A stretch of DNA of 64,000 nt from Balanoglossus misakiensis (taxonomy: Eukaryota; Animalia; Hemichordata), in NCBI GenBank assembly GCA_040954595.2, contig JBECUI020000030.1:186001-250000 (forward strand), read 5' to 3'. The position numbers and the translations under genes were made by a program. The stretch's first letter is position 1; every line of letters starts with the position of its first letter. The notes beneath the pieces are model-generated. The model was not told the DNA's origin. It searched no databases and saw only the letters and a program-made list of their open reading frames with translations. Positions 58,469 to 64,000 of the stretch are shown piece after piece.

Positions 58469-59668
58469 CTATGGATCTACTTCTTCAAAGAACCCTTGTT
58501 TCCATAGATGACCCATCTTATCTCCGTCTTTCATATATGCCTTTATTTGTTCGTCACTGTTTGCGCGTTTGATACTTGTATAGCCATCTTTCTTTACTAA
58601 TAAAAAAACTTCGTCTAACCGCGCTGCATTGAGGAAGTCCGGCGAGTGGGTTGAGACAAAGACTTGTTGTCCTCTTTGAGCATAGCTTCTAAATTCCTCC
58701 GCCAACTCTTCCAATAAAGCAGGATACAACTGATTTTCAGGTTCTTCTACACACAACAAAGGGTATGGTTCAGGGTCGTATAGCAATACCAAGTAGGCAA
58801 GTATTTTAATTGTGCCATCAGATACATAGCGCACCAAAAAAGGTTCCTCAAATGAGCGGTCTTTAATTTTAAGTAAAGCCTGTCCAGTTTCTGTAATTTT
58901 TGTTTCAGCAGACGCAAGTCCCGGTACTCGTTTCTCTAATGTTTTAGTAATGCTTTCTAACGTTTTTGGGTAATTTTGATGAAAATAATCAATTACCAAA
59001 GATAGGTTTTCCCCTTCTGTAGAAAGATGTTCTGCATGCCCAACTTGCTGCTCTTGTCTTACTTGATTAACATGAATATCAGAAATATGCCAATTCTCAA
59101 TAAGTGTACCCAAGGCGACTACAGCAGGAAACTTTTCAAACTGTGCCAGTCCTTTTACTGCCAATATATCCGCTTTTTTTAATGTTTGTTCTTCTCTCTC
59201 AAGTTTACTTTCATCTGTAACTGATTTTAATTCATTGACAACAGCGAGCCCTTTCCCTTTTGAAAAGTTTAAAAACTCCCAAGGTTTCCCTCGTTCTTTA
59301 CGACGATATTTCAACACTTCCTTTTCTACAATTGCATGATTGTTATTGTCTTTACCAATAAGCAACTGATAGGTAATTAGCGGGTTGTTTGATTTTCCTT
59401 CTTTTGCTCTAAACTTTAGCTCAATATCAATATTATTATTACCGCTACCTCTGCTCTTGACCTCGTCAAAACCACGGCTACCGCCTATCTTGACAAGTGC
59501 GGTATGGACATTAGTCGTTAAAGCTTCCTTAAGAAAACCAAAGACACTGAAAAACGTGCTTTTCCCTGATGCATTCGCGCCGACAATAATACAGAACCTT
59601 GGAATATCACGCATATTAACATCTTTAAATGCCTTAAAATTTTTAATTTTTAACTGTTCTATTCTCAT
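58469..59668 (-). CDS. ABC-type (AAA_21/SMC-like) ATPase
   Basis: IKNFKAF, GANASGKST, SDGT signature, CVEEPENQLYP, STHSP. Confidence 0.9.
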   Translation of the reverse strand: MRIEQLKIKNFKAFKDVNMRDIPRFCIIVGANASGKSTFFSVFGFLKEALTTNVHTALVKIGGSRGFDEVKSRGSGNNNIDIELKFRAKEGKSNNPLITYQLLIGKDNNNHAIVEKEVLKYRRKERGKPWEFLNFSKGKGLAVVNELKSVTDESKLEREEQTLKKADILAVKGLAQFEKFPAVVALGTLIENWHISDIHVNQVRQEQQVGHAEHLSTEGENLSLVIDYFHQNYPKTLESITKTLEKRVPGLASAETKITETGQALLKIKDRSFEEPFLVRYVSDGTIKILAYLVLLYDPEPYPLLCVEEPENQLYPALLEELAEEFRSYAQRGQQVFVSTHSPDFLNAARLDEVFLLVKKDGYTSIKRANSDEQIKAYMKDGDKMGHLWKQGFFEEVDP

Positions 59669-59813
59669 ACCAACACTCCAATAACCTTCATCATATTCTT
59701 ACCAAAAGTATCAACGACCTTAACGGCAATCTGCCCCTCTCCGCATTCATGAGCAAGGTTTGTAGTTTAATTAAACGATCCTGTTTGGTGCGAAAACTTT
59801 GCCATTTGTTTTC
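59665..59813 (-). pseudogene. C-terminal remnant of a DNA adenine methyltransferase (type III Mod-like)
   Basis: Reads ENKWQSFRTKQDRLIKL (frameshift) AHECGEGQIAVKVVDTFGKNMMKVIGVLV*; stop overlaps the ATPase start (ATGA). Confidence 0.7.
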
Positions 59814-60001
59814 AGTTAGATGGGTTTGATCCATTGCTTTAATAGTTTTATATGATAGAACATCAGCACGATGTACTATAAATACCTTCTATTCACAGAA
59901 ATAGTATCATAAATATGCTACTTTGTTAAGAGATGGAGCAAATGCGAACACCTTTTCAACTGCAAACAATTCAAGCACAGCGATGGTTAGGGCATGGGTG
60001 T

Positions 60002-62045
60002 TTACCGGGAAAAGTAAATATTATCGACATACACCCTATCAGTATCAGAAGAACCGACAGTATTATAGAAGGTGAACCCCATTTGGAAAGTTTCGTTGTA
60101 GTTTGCCAACTCGCTGTGAATCAAATCATCAAGGAGAATATCCACTGAAACCCATTGCCCCTTTGTCGGCGTCATTATTTCAAGAACGCTTCCGCTATTC
60201 CTAGTAACTACCTGAACCGCAATGGAGGTGAGCCCTTCAACGTACCAGTCCATATGCAGGGTGGTCATAGCCGAAAGATCCGTATCGGGAAAGATAATGC
60301 CAGCGGCATCTCCATGACTGGGAGCAATATAACGCAGGGTATTGTTGGAAGCAATCTGAATTTCACTGAATGTAAAACCGGCATCCCAAGGATCGGACCA
60401 GGAAGATACAGTGACATCAGCAGTTTTTGCATCACTGTAAAAAACGATGGCTTGGGATAGATCCGCCGGGAGTAGGGGCAGCAGTAGTGGGGTCAGTTAA
60501 AGCAGGTCCTACATTTACAGTTCTGGTGGCCACCGCTACATTTCCATTGCTATCAGTAACACTATAGGTTACGTCATAACTACCAGCCACAGCAGTGTTT
60601 ACCGCCGATGCATCAATAAGGATATTTACACTAATATCTCCGTCCAGATTATCCTGGGCAGTTGCTCCAGCTTCGGTATAGCTTTCCCCCGCAGTAATGT
60701 TGAGCGGAGAATCTCCCAGCAGGGTAATTACCGGTGGTATATCGGCCGGTGTAGCGGCTTCTATAGAGATGTTATCAAAGGTGATGGGTGTCGCCGCTCC
60801 ATCTCCGAGGGCAAAAATCAAGTCTCCTGTGGCTCTCCCCTCGGAATTATCCACAACCACTACAATTTCATAGCTTTCCATGGTGCTGGTGATGGCAATA
60901 GTTCTGTCGTCCATAAATGGATCGTACCAAGGGTCTGCAGGAAGAAGGTATCCCAGTTGCACTACAATATTTCTTGCAACACCCGCTCTGGCATCAAAAT
61001 TGATTATGTAGGTCTTAGCGTCTTCTAGTGCGATGCCTCGCTGTACTAACCGGGGGCTCCAGAATGCCGCAGGGCTAATGCCGTCTATCACCAATTCTCC
61101 ATTAACGATAGTGATGCTACCCGCACCTTCCTGTAATTCCCATTCATTGCCTAGGGCAGCTTCAAAATCCCCATTAGCTATCAAGCTCCCCACGATAACC
61201 GTTCTAGTAGCCGTGACTGTGTTATTATCAGAATCGGTTACCGAATAGGTAACGCTATAGGTTTCGGCAATACTGGTATCTACAGCCGAAGCATCTATAG
61301 TTATTTCGCTAGATATATCGCCGTCTAGGTTGTCATTGGCGGTGGCTCCTAATTCCGAATAGGTTCCGTCGATGGGCAGATAGATGGTTGCACTGCCTAT
61401 TAGTGTAATGATTGGGGGAATGGTGGAAGGGTCCTGGTTTACAATAACCGTTCTAGTAACCGTGGTTGGGTTTCCATCAGAATCGGTTACCGAATAGGTA
61501 ACACGATAGGTTCCGGCAATGCTGGTATTTACAGCCGAAGCATCTATAGTTATTTCGCTAGATATATCGCCGTCTAGGTTGTCATCGGCGGTAGCCCCTA
61601 ATTCCGAATAGGTTCCGTTGAAAGGCAAATTGATGGTTGCACTGCCTATTAGTGTAATGATTGGGGGAATGATGGAAGTGTCCTGGTTTACAATAACCGT
61701 TCTAGTAACCGTGGTTATGTTTCCATCAGAATCGGTTACCGAATAGGTAACAGGATAGGTTCCGGCAATGCTGGTATTTACAGCCGAAGCATCTATAGTT
61801 ATTTCGCTAGATATATCGCCGTCTAGGTTGTCATCGGCGGTAGCCCCTAATTCCGAATAGGTTCCGTTGAAAGGCAAATTGATGGTTGCACTGCCTAGTA
61901 GTGTAATGAGCGGGCGGATGGTAGAAGGGTTAGGAATAGAAGGATCAGGATCGGGCGAAACAGATGCCTGCGAACAACTTGTTAAGCTGATTACCAGTAT
62001 ACATACTTGAATCAGCAATAAAAATGATATGCTTTTTTTTCTCAT
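60002..62045 (-). pseudogene. Lipoprotein with 4 DUF5011/Ig-like repeats, CBM4/9-like domain and a C-terminal beta-sandwich domain disconnected by a frameshift near 60468
   Basis: Lipobox LTSC; PxITLxG...YSELGATAxDNLDGDIS...YSVTDSDGN repeats; LIANGDFE..ITFDNISI; after PTTAAPT the +1 frame continues PADLSQAIVFYSDA...VYVDNIYFSR. Confidence 0.78.
61192..61910 (-). repeat. Three tandem 249-bp (83-aa) intragenic repeats
   Basis: ac(a/g)ataaccgttctagta at 61192, 61441 and 61690. Confidence 0.9.
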
Positions 62046-62094
62046 GATATGTTCTTCCCCTTATTTAGGATACTCTTAAAAAATGAGTTATTTA

Positions 62095-62124
62095 AGTATA
62101 ATAAGACTTAAATAATAATGTCAA
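62095..62124 (-). promoter_or_regulatory. Putative sigma70 promoter of the Ig-repeat lipoprotein
   Basis: TTGACA-18-TATACT on the minus strand. Confidence 0.55.
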
Positions 62125-62275
62125 CGCTTTTCTAACAATACTTTTCTAAAGGCATTTCATACAATTAGAAAAAACATTCATGCCTTGCCACTTTTTCAGA
62201 TTTTTGATATAACGAATATATACAGCCCAACACAATTGGAAAGGAAAACATAGAAGTTAGGCAAGGAGAAATGCT

Positions 62276-63031
62276 ATGAAATACATTTTAACGATCTTTT
62301 TTATATTGATTCTTTCATTTACTGCCAGTGCAGCCGGTGAGTCAATTACGTACGCAGTTGCCGGAGAATCTTACGAGGGATATTTTATCAGCCCTTCCTC
62401 TAATGCTGGATTAGTGTTGCTTATTCATGATTGGGACGGTCTGACCGACTATGAAGTGAGGCGTGCCAACATGTTAGCTGATATGGGGTATGCAGTTTTT
62501 GCAGCCGACCTCTTTGGTGCCGGTGTTCGGCCAACGGCGATAAAGGACAGACGTCAGCACACTGGTGAATTGTATAGCGACCGTGCTAAAATGCGCTCCT
62601 TGATACAGGGTGCCCTGGAAGCTGCAAAAAACAAAGGCGCCAATATCAATAATACTGTGGTAATGGGATACTGCTTTGGTGGTGCTGCTGTTCTTGAGTT
62701 CGCTCGCTCAGGTGCGGATATGAAAGGTTTTGTTACATTTCACGGTGGATTGGATACACCAACGGGGCAAGACTATTCCAAAACAAAGGGAAGCCTGTTG
62801 GTTCTGCACGGCACAGCAGATAGTGCCATTTCCATGGATAGCTTTGCCCAGCTTGCCAAGGAATTGGAGGCAGAAGGTGTTTTGCACGAAATGATTACAT
62901 ACAGCGGTGCGCCGCATGCCTTTACTGTCTTTGATTCCGATAGGTATAGAAAAGATGCGGACAAAAAATCCTGGCAACGTTTTTTAGATTTTCTTGACAA
63001 GACGCTCAACAGACCACCTGCACCCAACTAG
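62276..63031 (+). CDS. Dienelactone hydrolase family protein, secreted
   Basis: Signal peptide, IHDWDG, GYCFGG, FHG, HGTAD, HAFT. Confidence 0.9.
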   Translation: MKYILTIFFILILSFTASAAGESITYAVAGESYEGYFISPSSNAGLVLLIHDWDGLTDYEVRRANMLADMGYAVFAADLFGAGVRPTAIKDRRQHTGELYSDRAKMRSLIQGALEAAKNKGANINNTVVMGYCFGGAAVLEFARSGADMKGFVTFHGGLDTPTGQDYSKTKGSLLVLHGTADSAISMDSFAQLAKELEAEGVLHEMITYSGAPHAFTVFDSDRYRKDADKKSWQRFLDFLDKTLNRPPAPN

Positions 63032-63043
63032 GGAGTACATACA

Positions 63044-63757
63044 TTGATGCAGGACAAGACAGACAACAAGGTAACAACAGGCGGCACAATGCTTTGGACC
63101 TACTGTGGGGACAGTGGCCCGAAATACTGGGCAGAGTTGTCTCCGGATTTTAAGGATTGTGCCGGCAAGAGTCAGTCCCCGGTGGATATACGCAATGCCC
63201 AGAAGAACCCGAAACTGACTGCCATCACTCTGCAGTATGGAAGCGTGCAGGTCAGGCTCAGGCGACACCACCATACGGTACAGGCCGACCTTATCTCGGA
63301 TGCTGCACTCATAGCAGATGGCAAACACTACGAGCTCCTGCAGTTTCATTTTCATGCACAGAGCGAGCATACCCTGAATGGGGAGCATTGTCCTGTAGAG
63401 CTACATTTTGTGCACCGGCATGCAGACGGGCAGCTTGCTGTTGTTGCAGTTTTAATAAAGCTGGGGAACCCGGCACAAGCACTGGATACCATATTGGCGA
63501 ACATCCCAACGGAGCAAGATCAGAGTGATGTCATTATGCTCCCTGTGCTGGAAGAGTTGTATCCGGCAAGTCCTGCCTATTATACTTATGGTGGCTCGCT
63601 TACTACACCGCCTTGTACCGAAGGGGTGCGCTGGTTTATTATGCAGGAAGCACTGCAGGCATCAGAAGAGCAGATAGAAAGCATAGCAGGGTGTCTGGCT
63701 GGAAATCACCGCCCGGTGCAGTCTTTGCATGAGCGCGTAATCTACGTCTATCCGTAA
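63044..63757 (+). CDS. Alpha-class carbonic anhydrase
   Basis: QSPVDI, QFHFH, SEH, ELHFVH, GSLTTPPCTEGVRW, N.RPVQ. Confidence 0.92.
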   Translation: MMQDKTDNKVTTGGTMLWTYCGDSGPKYWAELSPDFKDCAGKSQSPVDIRNAQKNPKLTAITLQYGSVQVRLRRHHHTVQADLISDAALIADGKHYELLQFHFHAQSEHTLNGEHCPVELHFVHRHADGQLAVVAVLIKLGNPAQALDTILANIPTEQDQSDVIMLPVLEELYPASPAYYTYGGSLTTPPCTEGVRWFIMQEALQASEEQIESIAGCLAGNHRPVQSLHERVIYVYP

Positions 63758-63800
63758 ATCTATGGTGTCTTATTTCCTACAATGCAGCAGGATCCCTACC

Positions 63801-63998
63801 CTAGTCCTCTTTCCAATGTTCTGTAATAGAAGGTGGTGATTGGGGCGTCTTGTTTTGCTCCATTTGCTTCTGCCAATAAGCAAGACCTTCTGCCAGAGCA
63901 TGGGCTTCTTGGTCGAGCCCACGTTTTTTTGCTCCTGCCAGACAGATGGTATATTTGCGGCATAGTTCGACAATGCCTGCCTGTCGTTGTGGCGCACT
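63801..63998 (-). CDS. 3' end of a hypothetical protein entering from the right edge
   Basis: Open frame SAPQRQAGIVELCRKY...AEGLAYWQKQMEQ...HWKED* ending at TAG 63801. Confidence 0.45.
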   Translation of the reverse strand, partial: SAPQRQAGIVELCRKYTICLAGAKKRGLDQEAHALAEGLAYWQKQMEQNKTPQSPPSITEHWKED

Positions 63999-64000
63999 GA

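Noticed and set aside
63770-63997. ORF-track 75-aa ORF at the right edge
   Set aside because: A different minus-strand frame ending at 63801 looks more protein-like and is open to the window edge
1-64000. tRNA, rRNA, riboswitch or prophage genes
   Set aside because: None recognised by eye; a tRNAscan/Infernal run would be needed to exclude small RNAs

Overview
64-kb window from a bacterial chromosome, most likely a Spirochaetales member. Evidence: GyrB has the spirochaete-type P[LI]WGKMLN motif, dnaA is divergent from gyrB-gyrA, and the lipoproteins carry spirochaete-like lipoboxes. The window spans the replication origin (dciA-recF-dnaN-oriC-dnaA / gyrB-gyrA, a parS site, parAB). Housekeeping and metabolic genes include cobB, a phosphohexomutase, ctpA, lgt, lnt, add, rbsK, a pyrBIDKCEF operon, polar amino-acid and sugar ABC transporters, GH38, tas, a dienelactone hydrolase and an alpha-carbonic anhydrase. 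The accessory regions are the most interesting. (i) An 8-kb FN3/Big_2/GLUG surface lipoprotein gene has a G21 tract just upstream of its promoter and is bracketed by direct-orientation arrays of an ~85-bp palindromic element with two reused linker types (not CRISPR). (ii) A three-gene operon encodes secreted proteins sharing W-[DN]-N-D repeats; two are ferritin-like folds that appear to have lost their metal ligands. (iii) An unannotated 48-aa acidic peptide ending C-x8-CESCQ lies inside a sugar ABC operon. (iv) Decayed or partial defence loci: ABC-ATPase + DUF4276 behind a methyltransferase stub, a GIY-YIG/DUF4357 gene split at an A-AAA-AAG slippery site, a standalone McrB-N-like gene, and an orphan MTase. 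Several single-base indels could be assembly errors. All family calls come from motif recognition by eye; no searches were run.
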